Positions 1-13,105 of a stretch of DNA of 64,000 nucleotides are shown one piece after another (the stretch's first letter is position 1; every line of letters starts with the position of its first letter). The DNA lies in the NCBI GenBank assembly GCA_035084275.1, contig CM068747.1:1798001-1862000 (forward strand), read 5' to 3'. A program made the translations under genes and the position numbers. The DNA comes from Hydrolagus colliei. Taxonomy: Eukaryota. The notes under the pieces are model-generated. The model was not told the origin of the DNA. It saw only the letters and a program-made list of their open reading frames with translations, and made no database searches.

Positions 1-295
1 GTGCACTTAACATTGATTAGATGAGCCATGGAAGGTGTGTTATTTTGCAAGCAAAACTAGTTGTAAACTAGGAGATTCATACAGTACAAACACCAAATAA
101 TTCTATAATTAACATCCAAAGGAAACCTTCCGGGATCGTTTATAAATGCATTGCATAATACAGCCAGAAAGGAAAGCAAACACAAAGCTCTATGTCATCA
201 GTTCAGGCTGTAAATAAATGGACTTGTGCAAATAAAAGTATCTAAAATTATTCACAATGGGATTCATTCAGATTGAATAAGGTGTTTGCACTAAC

Positions 296-439
296 CTGGG
301 ATGGAAGCTGCAGCCAGAAAGCCAATCATTATGACCTTCACCAGTCATGATAATGTCACCATTGGGAATAGACCACATTTTCCAGAGCCGGTCATCACTT
401 CCAGTCACCAAGATTTCTTTTCGTGGATGAAGAGCTAAG
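296..439 (-). CDS. SPAG16: SPAG16 exon 11 (LALHPRKEILVTGSDDRLWKMWSIPNGDIIMTGEGHNDWLSGCSFHP), 144 nt, WD40 repeats
   Basis: Acceptor catttctag, donor AG|GTTAGT, phase 2/2; WD40 pattern GH..W.S.C.FHP. Confidence 0.95.
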
Positions 440-1719
440 CTAGAAATGATTTTTTAAAAATTTAATGAAATAGTGCTGTAAACACTGTTTGGTCAATAAA
501 CAGATCAAAATATTTAATATTGCTTCTTACATATACTGTACTAAGAATGTATAGTTGGCAGAAATTATACAGCTCACCTCTTTAAAATCTATTTATAAAT
601 TCCACTATAGTATAAAAGAACTTTGTTTTCTAAACATTTATGCAGAATAAATAAAATAAAGTGTTAGCTATTGATTACAGCACATGGTGCACCACTCTGA
701 TGGTTTTTGTTTCACTCATTCACTGTATTATTTCCAATTCTAGAAACAATGGAGGTTGCAAGTCTATTAATATTTGAAACCCAAGACTGTTGCCAGCAAT
801 TTCCATCTAATATAACAGACAGTGTCAATGCTTTCAGTTAATGCATTGTATATAGTGTATACTATTGTACAATAGAATTGAATTGCAGACAATAGTTTCA
901 TCTAGGCAGCATGCATTTCTTTGAAGATACCGTGAAAGAATAAATCGTGGAAGAAACTGGAATGAAGAACCACATGCATATACAGTAAATACATTCCCAC
1001 AAAAATTCAGAGGAGGCCTGATAATTTCCGAATTTAACTTGTTTCTCACTGAAAAACATTTGCTGCCTTATCTTCCTTGCTCGAGATGATTGGTTCATTG
1101 AGGCTTTTAGTGTCTTCCCAATATCTTTCTTGCTTCATCATCTTATTGAAAGGCTTTTCCAGCCCCATCAATCAAATGCTGCAAGTGCCACATTTGAAGC
1201 TTCAGCATGTCTTTGTCTCTTCAATGCCATTAATCTGCTGTTCTTTTCTAATTTTTACTTTGCTTAATTATTGCAAAGTAAACCTATAGACTTCTTAGTT
1301 GCTATATATATATATATATATCCATATATGCATTTTATATATACACACACATTAATTCCTGATTTACAGCATTTATTTAAATGTTCCGTAGTGTAACATT
1401 TACAATACCACAAAAAACCATTAGTGGCAGAAAAAATCAATATTAATCAACGCTAACATCTCTTAAAATGCAATCCAGTTTAAATAGATTTGTTCTGTAT
1501 TAAATAAAAATAGCTCTCTGATTACCAATGTAGAAATTCAGGTTTAACCAGCTTATGATCAGTGAAACATCAGGTTAGTGTCATTTTACCATGAACATGA
1601 TTGACCTGCACTACAAGGGGAAATTAATCCTGAGTAATGCTTGCAACCAAATTTTTATTGGCAATGGGATTATTAACTTCTGACTTGCTGTCTGTGCTCA
1701 TAGAGATGAGTAAAATTTG

Positions 1720-1895
1720 ATAATAATAATCCTTAAATTTGATATAGTGCCTTATCACTTTTTTGAGACATCTCAAAGCGCTTCACAGAATATACTGTAA
1801 AGTGTAGTGCCTGTATTTTGTGGGCGAAAAGCAGCAGCCAATTGAGCATAGCAGTATTCCACAAACAGTCGGGATTGAGTGACCAAATTATTATT
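1720..1895 (-). mobile_element. 5'-truncated SINE (tail only)
   Basis: ataataatccttaaatttgatatagtgcc...agcgcttcacagaatatactgtaaagtg. Similar tail-only copies at about 3566-3708, 24255-24400, 31560-31685, 39060-39145, 46525-46700, 55437-55540, 58905-59055. Confidence 0.85.
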
Positions 1896-3714
1896 GATAA
1901 TATATTGTGGTATTTAGATTATTTCTAGCATTGTTTAACAATCATTTTCACCAAACACAATACTGTGTTCCTATAATCGCAACCACCTCAGCTAACTTGT
2001 GTCCCTGTGACATTTTGTCAAGTCCAACTAAATGCGCAAACCAGGCGCTTACATCTCTTACATCTCTATAAGTGCAACTTGATCCATCTAACTCTGAATA
2101 CACTCCAAACTCCCCCTTCGCACTTCAATTGCTGTTTACATGTCCCCGGGCGGAACATGATATCTCTCTGTATATAGTTAAAATTATGGATTAAAACTAT
2201 AATATTCTACATATAGGATTATTATCATAATAGATTGGATTATGGCATAATACAATTACATTATTTGGGGGACTCATGTCATAGATTTCTCTAGCTTTAT
2301 GGATATAAATATATTATTGATATAAATCAGCTATCATGATACAATTTTTTAGCGTAACTTTACTTAATATTAGCACAAAGTGTTTTGGATGCTGATTTCA
2401 GTCATCAAGCAACAGATAAATTGAACAATTTTATTCTGTGAACTCCACAGTAAATGTTTCTTTAAAAAAAACTGATCCACTTTTGAAGTAATTTTGTAAG
2501 TAATGTAAGACATTTTCTCAAGAAATTGTATAATATTGAAGCTTCAGTCTACAGCGCTTTAGGTCTTCTATACATCTCAAGATTACAGTAGAACCAAATT
2601 GTATTGACTCCTAAATGTATTGTACTATATAATACAGTACTTTAATTGTCTCTCTCTTGCCCTCTCTGTACAGCTATATTGGTTCATATGCGAGCTTACA
2701 TGTTTATTAAAATGTGTAGCTGTTTTCACTTCACCAGATGTTCTACTTCACCAGAACATAAGAGATATCACAGTTCTTTTTCATCTTTCTGATTTGTTTT
2801 GACACCTTGGATTTTATTCCATTTCATAATACAGCTTTATGAAAATCCACCCCACCCACTCCTTCCAATAAACTAATAATTTCTCCTTCCTTGTGTTTAT
2901 TCAGCTTCTGTTTGTCCTTGTAGTTGTACATGCTTCAGCAGTACAAAGGCTAAAATTGGCACACTGGGGGAGAGGACAGCATAGTGGTGAGCTCTGCGGG
3001 AAATGCAAAATCAATCCTTGAACATCCTTAGCAGGCAACCGCAGTGTTTACACAGAGAAATTCATCCTAAAGATGCTTAATGGGCATGACTGTCTTTCAT
3101 TGTAGAAGGAAACATAGCTGACTCTTGATGAAGATATTACTCTACAACTAGAAAATATTATACTTAAATCAAAATGTTGATGAGGCATTGGAAATTTAAT
3201 ATAAATTCTGATGCTTGTGTATATTTATCCATTCAGCAATTTAAACTACGACACCACTTACATCATTTCTTTCACATAGGATATTGTTTCAAAGTGCTTT
3301 AGAAAGGCAGCTTGGGACATACAAATTACTGATTGTCCAGCGCTTTGGAATGTCTCCCAATGTGAAAGGCGCTGTAGAAATGTAACTGTTGTTATTACAG
3401 AGTGTAGGAAGCAGGTGATTGAAATAGGTCAACGAGGAAGGTTTTTAAGATTGGCTTTGAAAAGCAGAGAGCAGAAACTTTTGGCAGCAAAAGTTTGGAA
3501 GAGACTTTTTGAAGCATGTGTAAAGCGACTGAAATTTTTACCTCAAATTATGGGATGAAAGTAAAATAATTCTTCCATTTGATATAGCATGTTATCACAT
3601 CATCAAGATGTCTCAAAGCATTTTACAGGATTTTTTTCTGTGCAGTGACTAGAAGTAAACATGGCAGTGAATTTGTGCACAACAATGTCCCACAAACAGC
3701 CATGAACGACCGTA

Positions 3715-4009
3715 GAGTCCTGTAGCTCAGTGGTTAGAGCACTCACCTTACAAGCGAGAGACCCGGGTTCAATTCCTTGGGCAAGTTTCTTACTCCACAA
3801 CTCTAATAATAATCCCTCCAAAAAAAAATCCAATAATAATTGGGTCACTCAATTCACGACTGTTTGTGGGTACTGCTGTGCGCAAATGGCTGCCACGTTT
3901 CGCCCACAAATATAGTCGATTCACTTTACAGTATATTCTGTGAAGTGCTTTGAGACAACTAGAAGATCTGAAAAGCACTATATCAAATGCAAGGATTATT
4001 ATTATTATT
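3715..4009 (+). mobile_element. Full-length tRNA-derived SINE with L2-like (ATT)n tail
   Basis: A box TAGCTCAGTGG, B box GGTTCAATTCC, body gctgtgcgcaaatggctgcc, tail gtgaagtgctttgagac...aaatgcaaggattattatt. Confidence 0.9.
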
Positions 4010-5586
4010 TGGGGGTTGGGTACAAGCAGTAGGTCTGAGTTTGCAGGGACAGATAGGATGGGGCATGGAACCATTTGAAAGTTAGAACGAGGATCCTGCA
4101 ATTGTTCTGCTGGGTAAGGAGAGGATATGGGTGTCGAGAACTGGATAGGGTGGAGTTTATGGAGAGGGGGGCCAGCAAAGAAAGCAATGGCGAAATCTAG
4201 ACATGAATTGTGGTTTCAGGTACATGTCGGGTGAGCTAAGGATTGATGTGGCCAATATTGTGGAGGTGAAAGAGGATTTGGTCAAGTAGTGGCTTAACGT
4301 GTTAATCAAAAATTGAGTGAAGCAAAATGGCAAGATTATACACAAGGCCCACAAGATAAGAGTGAGCAGCGAGAAATGTTGATACAATAAAAACCAGGGG
4401 TGAGAAGACAGTGGTGGAAGCAAAGTTGGATGGCTTCAGTTTTCTTACCATTAATTTGGAAGGAAGTTAAGCATCATACTGAACTTAATGTCTGATACAG
4501 TGGGATTAACTGTTGAAGGTAAAGAAGTGACAATTGGGTGTCATTCCAGACACATCCATTCCTATGTAGGATGTTACTAAGAAAGAGTATGCAGTTGAGA
4601 AAAAAAGTGAGGACCAATGATAATTGAACTTACAAATGTTTGCTCCATATTTCAAGAGAAGTGTTGCACAAACTCTGATAATATATTCCATACAGATATT
4701 TGACAGCAGACGTAAAGCGAAAATGGATTTAAAATGGATTAATAAAACTCGCCATCCAAATGCAACGTTAATTAGAAATATTACATAATATTCTATATTA
4801 ATAACCTAAGGCTTATTTCTTTATCTCCCTACCATCTTTAATTAGCAGTCCCCATAAATATCCAAAAATAATCCAATAATAAATACAGCAAAATACACTT
4901 TATATATGTCTTTAAATGATGCATGACATGACTTCTTAGCATTTTATTAAACACTAAGCTATGCATTTTCTGATTTTGCAGCATTTTCTTAAGCACAAAA
5001 TATGCAAACACTGAAACAAATTCATCACAGATTGATCTTGTGATATATATCGTTTAAATTTGTTAATTGTTTAGCAATACATGGTTCCTTCTTACATTCA
5101 GTTGAGGGAACTCCATTTGATAACTGTTTTTCCACCATTACAGCTGAAATCTGACAACTATTTACTTCAGTTTTGAGCATGGCTCTCTGCACTTGAAAGC
5201 ATTTGTAGTACTTCTATACCTTAGGATAAGTCAACATCTCTAAAATGAGAGAAAACTGGAAGAGGTAAAATAATAGTTCCAAATTATCTACCTCAATGTT
5301 TAGTTTTCTTGATTATGTATACACTATTATGCATTACAGCATTACAGCATAATAGCATATACATAATACATTGACTAAACACAGATCTAACTAAAATCTA
5401 ATTTAAAAGCTGTAGAAAGTTGGAATAAATTCATAGACAAGTTATGTAATGGTTCATTTTTACATGATTTGCTTCTTTAATGTATATGTTTATGAATACA
5501 TTTTTAATTTTTTTTGGTTTTAAACAGAGGCAATGCCTTTCAAAATACTGTCCATAGGGTAAGTGTAAACAATTCAAAGCAAAATA

Positions 5587-5798
5587 CAGTAAAAGCCCAT
5601 TTATCCGGCACCCGATCAACCGTAACTTCCGTATAACTGGCATCGCAAAAAAAAGGTCTGCATTCGATTAACTGAAATTTATCTGGAAAAATGCATTAAA
5701 TATATATATTTTTTCTCTGTTTTCGGCCGAATATCTGGCACGCGCTTTAACCGGCATTGGCCAGGTCCCGAGGGTGCCGGATAAACGGGCTTTTACTG
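5587..5798. mobile_element. Tigger-like MITE, 212 bp
   Basis: 27-bp TIRs CAGTAAAAGCCCATTTATCCGGCACCC and GGGTGCCGGATAAACGGGCTTTTACTG (1 mismatch); TA duplication. Confidence 0.92.
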
Positions 5799-6777
5799 TA
5801 CAAAGTATACAAAACCTAAGGAACTGCAAACTCAGGATTAAGTGCCATCAAAGTATATGTAACTAAATTCTGTAAACTCCAAATTTATTTTGAGTTACAA
5901 ATGCTAATAATCAAAAACGCCAAATAAATTCCAAAGATCCCATTCAATTCAGATTTTTCAAATGTGCAGACACATACAAAAAGCAGAGAATATGTGCTTT
6001 CCTGTGACGGATCAATTTATAGCGCGATTTTGCATCAAGAAATGGGCTGTTCTAAAGTGAATGGGTCTATGTATGTAATCAATTGCTGTTTGAGACTTGC
6101 CTAGTAAAACAATCAATTGTTGTTCTATCCCACCGGTGGACAACCGAACAATAAGAACAATAATGGAATTCGAGTAGGTTTTCCCCATTTCAACTTCATT
6201 TGTGCAGCTATTACCAGCAAGTATAATGAAAATCACTGAAAGGAAAGTCAAATCGTGGTAACTATGCTTTCCTTTGCATGTAACTTCCAAGATTCTAGAG
6301 ACCAAAAGCATATATCTTTCTTATTCTGGCAACAAGCTATTATACGAAAGAATAATTACAGTGATGTAACCCAGGAAAGAAATAGTAATAGAGTAATGGC
6401 CATCTGAAATATAAGAAATTGTCATAACCAGAGTTTCTTATTAATACAGTATCCACTTTCTATTGGAGAGTATACTGTGTATATTGTAGGTGAATGTTGG
6501 CAGCCAATTTGTGTGTGGTAATATCCCACAAACAGCCAACAGTAAATTTATTTGGGGGATTGTGGTCAGTAACAGCAGGAGAAATCCCCTTGTCTTTTTA
6601 AATATTAATCTGCAATCTTTAAAATCTACCTAACCAGGCAGACAGGAATCTGGTTTAACACGTCACCTGAAGGACTGTACCTCCAGCAATGTGGCACACC
6701 TCCAGCACTTGATTCCAGGGCTTTTAGTTTTGGAAAGGGTCTTAGAGCTACACTTTATTTCATTCGATTGATATATA

Positions 6778-7150
6778 ATATATAATAATAATCCTTGCAT
6801 TTGATATAGTGGTTTTTACATCTTCTAGACATTTCAAAGTGCTTCAGGAAATATACTGTAAAGTTAATTGTATGTAGGTTTGTGGGCAAAACGCGGTAGC
6901 TAATTGCAGACAGCAGTGTCCCACAAACAGTCATAAATTGAGTGACCAATTTATTATTATTATTTTGAAGGACTTATTGTTTCCAGAAAAGCGATCCGCC
7001 AATCAACTAACATCCGGGTTGCTACTTACTGCTGAGTAAACACAGGTGTGTGGAGTAAGGAAACGTTTAGAATGTTTCTTCCTGCCGGGAATTGAACCCA
7101 GATCTCTCGCTTCTGAAGCAAGTGCTCCAACCATGGAGCTGTAAGACTCC
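6778..7150 (-). mobile_element. Full-length tRNA-derived SINE (longer variant)
   Basis: Same head and tail as 3715-4009 on the minus strand, with an extra internal segment. Confidence 0.88.
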
Positions 7151-8720
7151 ATGATGTCAGGTTTCTAAACAAATAAGCAAGATAAAACTAGAGATTATAT
7201 CTTCGTCCTCATTTAGTGATTATGTGGAACACTTTTAACAACTCATTGACTTTATGAAACAACTAGACAAGTATTTGCTTGGGAATGTTATTGAGAGCAT
7301 ATAGAATAGGTATATATAACAACGGATAATATGGTTACTGTATTGCTGAGGCTGGGGGACATAGACAGTATTGTCTACAAGTGGTTGAATACTCTGGAGG
7401 ATTTTGATTTTGGAAGCCAAGACTATCCATGCAGAAAATTGCCAAGAAAATAGAATGGGTAGGATGTTTCCTCATGATTTGGTAAGTATTGAAGATGAAA
7501 GGAGCAGGTCAATTAATTATTTCATTCAATTTTTTTAATGTAAATTGAATTACTAAAAATTATTTATGATTTGTAAGTGATTTGCGGAGTAATGCATACT
7601 TGTGAGTATGACCCAAGATACACATATGTGTATCTTGGGTCTTTCATACCCACTGCCTAGAATCACAGATTTGATCATGCGTACTAAACCAATATTGAAA
7701 ATAACAAAATATTATACACATTAACATTGTCACATTCAACCTGCTAATTTAATATCTCTTCGAATATCACACATAATTACCAGTTTTTGAAGAACATGAC
7801 CGGCCACAAGTATACAGTCGACTTTCCTGCTTTTCTTCCCCCTGCCTCGACCCCTCCCTTTTTGCTTCTTTACCCCCTTTTGCCCCTAGTCCCACTTCCG
7901 TGACTGATTGTGGGACACTGCTGTGCGCAATTTGGCTGCCGCGTTTCGCCCACTAATATACAGTTACTTTTCCTACTATTCTTCATCCTGCCCTGATCCT
8001 TCCCACCCTGCTCTTGTCCTACCTGACTGTACAGCGCCTTGGGACGTCCTCTCGACTTGAAAGGCGCTATATAAATGTAAGTTTTGTTTGTTTGTTGTTT
8101 GGCTGAATGAACAGCAGCCTAGCACAATCATGAAAAGGGGATACATAACACTGGACAAACACATAATTACTAGCATCAAGTTACACAAAGAATCATCTGT
8201 TAGTAGAAGATGAGTTCAAAATGTCTTTCAAAATGGTTCTTGTTTGAAGGATCCTTGAATGTATGGTTGGAACAAGTTATCTGTTGTGCCTATTGAATTG
8301 ATACCCAACTCACACATACAGATCATACAAAAAACATAATTGCACTGTAAATATTGCCTAGTTTATACCGTTTATACTGCTGAAAGCAATACATCATATC
8401 CAGCAGCAGATCGATTTCTAGTGGGAAACAGAATGCATATTTACAGTTATCTAAGGCTGAGGAGAGTTCAGCTTAAATATAATTAGGTACATCCACAAAG
8501 CTCTGTTAAGCTCTGTATTTAACTTATTTTAATATATTATTAAAGAGTGGTGACTAGCTTTATAATATTATTAAAGAGGTCCTTTTCAAAATTCTCAACA
8601 GTGATGCAACTATCAGGATGGTCGTAAGTCATGTGCTGTTACATATCACTTTGCATTCACATGTCTCTAATCGTCTCTATACCAATCATGTTATAAAAAT
8701 ACGTTGCAAAACTTGCATGT

Positions 8721-9010
8721 GGAGTCCTGTAGTTTAGTGGTCAGAGCACATGTTTGCAAGCGGAAAGACCTTGGTTCAATTCCTGGGCAGCGCAAAACCT
8801 TTTCCAGGGGGTAATAATCCCTTAATTAAGAATTTTTGTGGCACACAGCTGTGCGCATTTGGTCGCCACATTTCACCCACAAAATATGCAGTCAATTAAT
8901 TTCACAGTATATTTTGTGAAGTGTTTTGAGACGTCTGAAGATGTGATAATGAATAATATTGATAATGTTTACATTTGATACAGTGTTACATCAAATATAA
9001 GGATTATTAT
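8721..9010 (+). mobile_element. tRNA-derived SINE
   Basis: ggagtcctgtagtttagtgg...ggttcaattcc head; matching tail. Confidence 0.88.
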
Positions 9011-10141
9011 CTAGCAATCTAGGAAAGAGTTCTACTGAATAGTTTTCAACTGAACATATTTACATTCAGCATATACAATCCGATCTATTTCTCTGTTATG
9101 TTTTGTCAATCTGAATTTTCCTGATTAAAACTATTTTTAAAAACTGCTATTTTTATGTTTTAATAAAACTGTTAATTTATTTGGATTTTTAACTTATTTG
9201 GGATAAACTGTTCAGTTTACATAACATTTAATATCACTTAGGCGAAGTCAGAGTTACAAAGTCTGATTTAATCAACAGCCTACACTGCGCATGCCCAATT
9301 CAATGCATCCGGTAAGTACGCATACGATGATGGGTCAAGACTATTTTTCCTGTGATTAAATGCGTTTTGACCTGTCTCTGCATGTAGACTTACTGGCAAG
9401 CTTTGGAAGTTGCAAATGGATGCAACAAAATCTGAGTGTTTTTGATAGGAAACGGAATGAGTCTCAAGGGAATGAATGACTTCGGCGATTGTACGATTTA
9501 TAAAGATAAGGCTTATGCAAGTTTTAATGTAGCACAGTATACAAGCAAAATGCTTCTAGCAACCCATCTTATTTCTTTCAATAAATCTGTTTGCTCCAAC
9601 TATAATTACATCCTGACAGCACAATCTCTTGTACAACACATCATTTTATACAACACAACACTTATTCCTTTCAGTAAATTAGTTCCAAGGTTTGGGGAAT
9701 GATATTTGATTTGTTTTTAAATTCTGTTTTTCTACTTACCATTTTAACACCAACTACCCAAACTTTATAAACGGTTTGCAAATGCAGCAGATCATTTTAA
9801 CAAAATGAGGGTCACAGGAAAATAAAAGCTTTTTTGCCAACCACATCTGAAATTAATGTACCAGTTTGAATATGACAGAGCCAGTCAACAACAACATGAT
9901 TTTTGGGAGGGAAAATTGATATCTGAATTCAGCTCTTGTATAAGATCCTAATTTAAACTGATGTGTATTGGGAGAAGACTTGAAACCTGTAATAAAAATA
10001 AATAGTGTGATACACATTTTGAATCAATGTAATTTGGTAAAAGGTGCATTCTTTTATATGAGGTTTAAAATATATTGTGTTTATGGAGGTTGCATTTTGT
10101 GAAAGAGATCCTAATTTTGTCACAAGATCAAATTCAAATCA

Positions 10142-10690
10142 GAACAACATCAACTTGTATTTATATAGTGCCCTTCAGGCGGATAGTGACCCGGAGTGCT
10201 TGACAGTGGCAGAGTTTGACCCTGAGCCGGGGGAGCAGGAGTGGAGAGGTGACCATAATCATTGAAAAATGAAAGTCTTTAGACATGATTTGAAAGTGGG
10301 GAGTGGTGCAAGACGAAGGGAGGGATTGAGGGAGAGAATTCCAGAGTTTGGCATAGAGGCTAAAGGCACGGCCACTGATGGTGGAACGTAGGGACAAACA
10401 GGATGCTGGGGCCAGAAGAGCGGAGGTGAGTGAATAGTGAAATATATTGGATAGGTGGGGAGGTGCAGGGCAGGAAGGGATTTGAAAAGGAGTGAGAAGA
10501 TCTTAAAATCAATCCGTTCAGGAATTGGGAGCCAGTGGAGCCTGGGAAGGACACGTGTGACGGGGGTATGGAGTTTTGTGCGGTGAGAATTTGGGCAGCG
10601 GAGTTCTGAATTAGTTGTATTTTGTGTATTGTGGAGCTGGGGAGACCAGCATTGGAATAGTCGGATGCTTTTGTTGTTTGGTACGAAGGG
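10142..10690 (-). mobile_element. Degraded L2 3' fragment
   Basis: LQLIQNSAA-like segment, LHWLPIPERIDFKI, LWNSLP, LKTF motifs across frameshifts; tail near 10142. Confidence 0.85.
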
Positions 10691-13105
10691 AGGTGGGCAA
10701 TGTGATCGGAGAGTGGAGAGGCAGAATTTAACAACAATAATAACTTGCACTTATACAGCACCTTCCACGAGGAGCGTGGTTGCTGGGAGGTGGCCATAAA
10801 TATTGTTGAAGAGGACAAGGAGCAACAATGCAATTTGAAATAGGAATAAGAAAAGCAAGACACCTGGAAAGTATCAAAGAGATGACATCTAATTATTCAG
10901 CTATGATTATGTCTCTATTTACATGGATTGCAGGATGAAACAGAACAGCTTCATTTCAATGATCTTTTTCTTTTGACATGTTAACTATGTCATGAAAAAT
11001 GGTGCGATGTCGGTTCTTGGTCTTGAAGGAACACTACAGGTGGCTGTTTTTCATGCACTATATTTATTTGTACATGGTGGTTGAAATAAAAACAGATTTG
11101 AATTATGCAGCTAATGCTGAAACAATTTAAAAAAAAAATTAACAGAGTGCTCAGTTATGCCTGATATAGAAAATTCTCATTTTATGGAATTCAAAAACAG
11201 CTTTTTTTTTTTTAAAAAGGCACACATTTTACTTTCTGCATTGCTAAAGCTAATGAACACCAGCAGTTGTTCACAAACAGATTAGTCAAAAGAGGGCAAT
11301 TGATAGATAAAAACAGCACAGTGATTCAATTCATCTCTATTACTGCTGATTTATTAATTAACGCTAACTCAGATGCACTTTCCACAATTACTGCATGAAA
11401 TCATTTAAAATTACACCAGGAATCTTAGCAAGTGGTGAATAGTTAGATGTACAATTACTTCTATGAAACTCTATGCAAAAAAGACTGGGATATACTTATT
11501 CTCTTGAATTAAATGAACAATTTGACATTTTAACCATAATCATACTTCTAAATTGGTGAAAGGTTAATGTTAACCTTTTGGTTAATCGTAAATAAATTAG
11601 AGCACATCCATAAAACTATGTATGCATCAATAGTCCATATAGAGTGTAGATTATAAAACAGGATTATTTGAAAACACTCTGCATTAATCCTACAATGTCA
11701 GTACTGTCATAACCACAAACCAGTGGCTGTATATTAAATAGAAGCTAATAGATTCCCTTGCAGCATTTTGATCACCCCATACAAAGTAGGAGGAAAAATA
11801 AGTGGGAGTATGTTATAAGGCCATAACAGTCAGGGACTTCCAATAATTTGGTGAAGTTTAAAAGGTCATCAGAGCCTTTAGATTGCAATAAAGTCTATAA
11901 TACTCCCACACAGCTATTATTTAGATGATATATCTCTGAAAATTCATGTAGCAGCTAATAACCTGGCTATCGAGCTGTGTTAAGTCTTCTGCCTCCCAGT
12001 TCTATCTGATGATCCTCAAATTGCCTGCATGAGTGACTTTAGGTAGGTAGAAAGTTTATGCCATTTTGTGGGTGACAAAAGGAAAAGCACTTTGGAAGAC
12101 TACATTTTATTTAACTTAACTCGTAAAATATTTCAACAAGAATAATTCCTGTTGATTTGTCCTATTTCCCCATCTCCTTCATTTGGATTTTCTATATTGC
12201 ACATTTTTCACAAATGTGAGCTATTTTTAGAATGTTATAAACCATGTGAGGACGCTTCAGCAATCTATGAATGTGATCCAACTCATTTTTATTTTTACAC
12301 TTGAATAAATTGTCAGACATTTCTGTGACTATCTTTATTATGTTTAACACTAACATTAGTGGAATCAACTCTGGGTTCAACATTATTTTGTAATCTATTT
12401 TGCAATCTGAAATGAAATTACCTACTGTAAGGTATAGTCTTCCTTCAACTACAAATGGCTGTCAACCTGAACAATACACTTCCAAAAATTCAAGCACTTT
12501 ATTTCTAATGGTCTTTATAAATAACAACAGATCCCTTACTGGGAATTTTTTGACAGGTCTTCAATCTTTAGTTTGTACTGTCCTCAAATATTGCCACCAT
12601 CAGCTGCAGCATAAAAATGTGAAGTAATATTTCAATAGCATTCGGGGCTTAAATGGTTGAATTATAATATCAGAGGGCTCCTAAAATGATAGGAATTTAG
12701 GAAAATATAGCAATTAATTCATTTTTTTCACTTTCCTGCTAGGATCTTTTTCCATTCGACAATACTTCTATGTAAGCACAGTGTTCGTTTATTGTACTAA
12801 TTTGTAACCAGAAAAGTCAGAGAATCAAACCAAATATACACATGAATATGAAAATATTCTAAATCTGCAAGAATAGCAAGATTCTATATCAAACAGGTTT
12901 CAAATGATTTCTGTGAGATTAATGAATAGAAAATTCAGAATCCACAACAGTAATTATTAGAATAGACAATAATTGTTTCGCTTGAGAGCATGGGTGTAAT
13001 AGGAGCTACTTAAATTGGGAATGTTGAATGGTCAATTTAGTTTTGTTACACCAGCATGGTTCACGAAAATATAAAATATCCATAGCAAAATCACAATTTA
13101 CAATA

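Noticed and set aside
3715-3780. tRNA-like sequences here and at 7085-7150, 8721, 18355, 26202, 47265, 50222, 61755, 63665
   Set aside because: A and B boxes are present, but each runs into the same SINE linker and the copies are mutually diverged with no proper acceptor stem; these are SINE heads, not tRNA genes.
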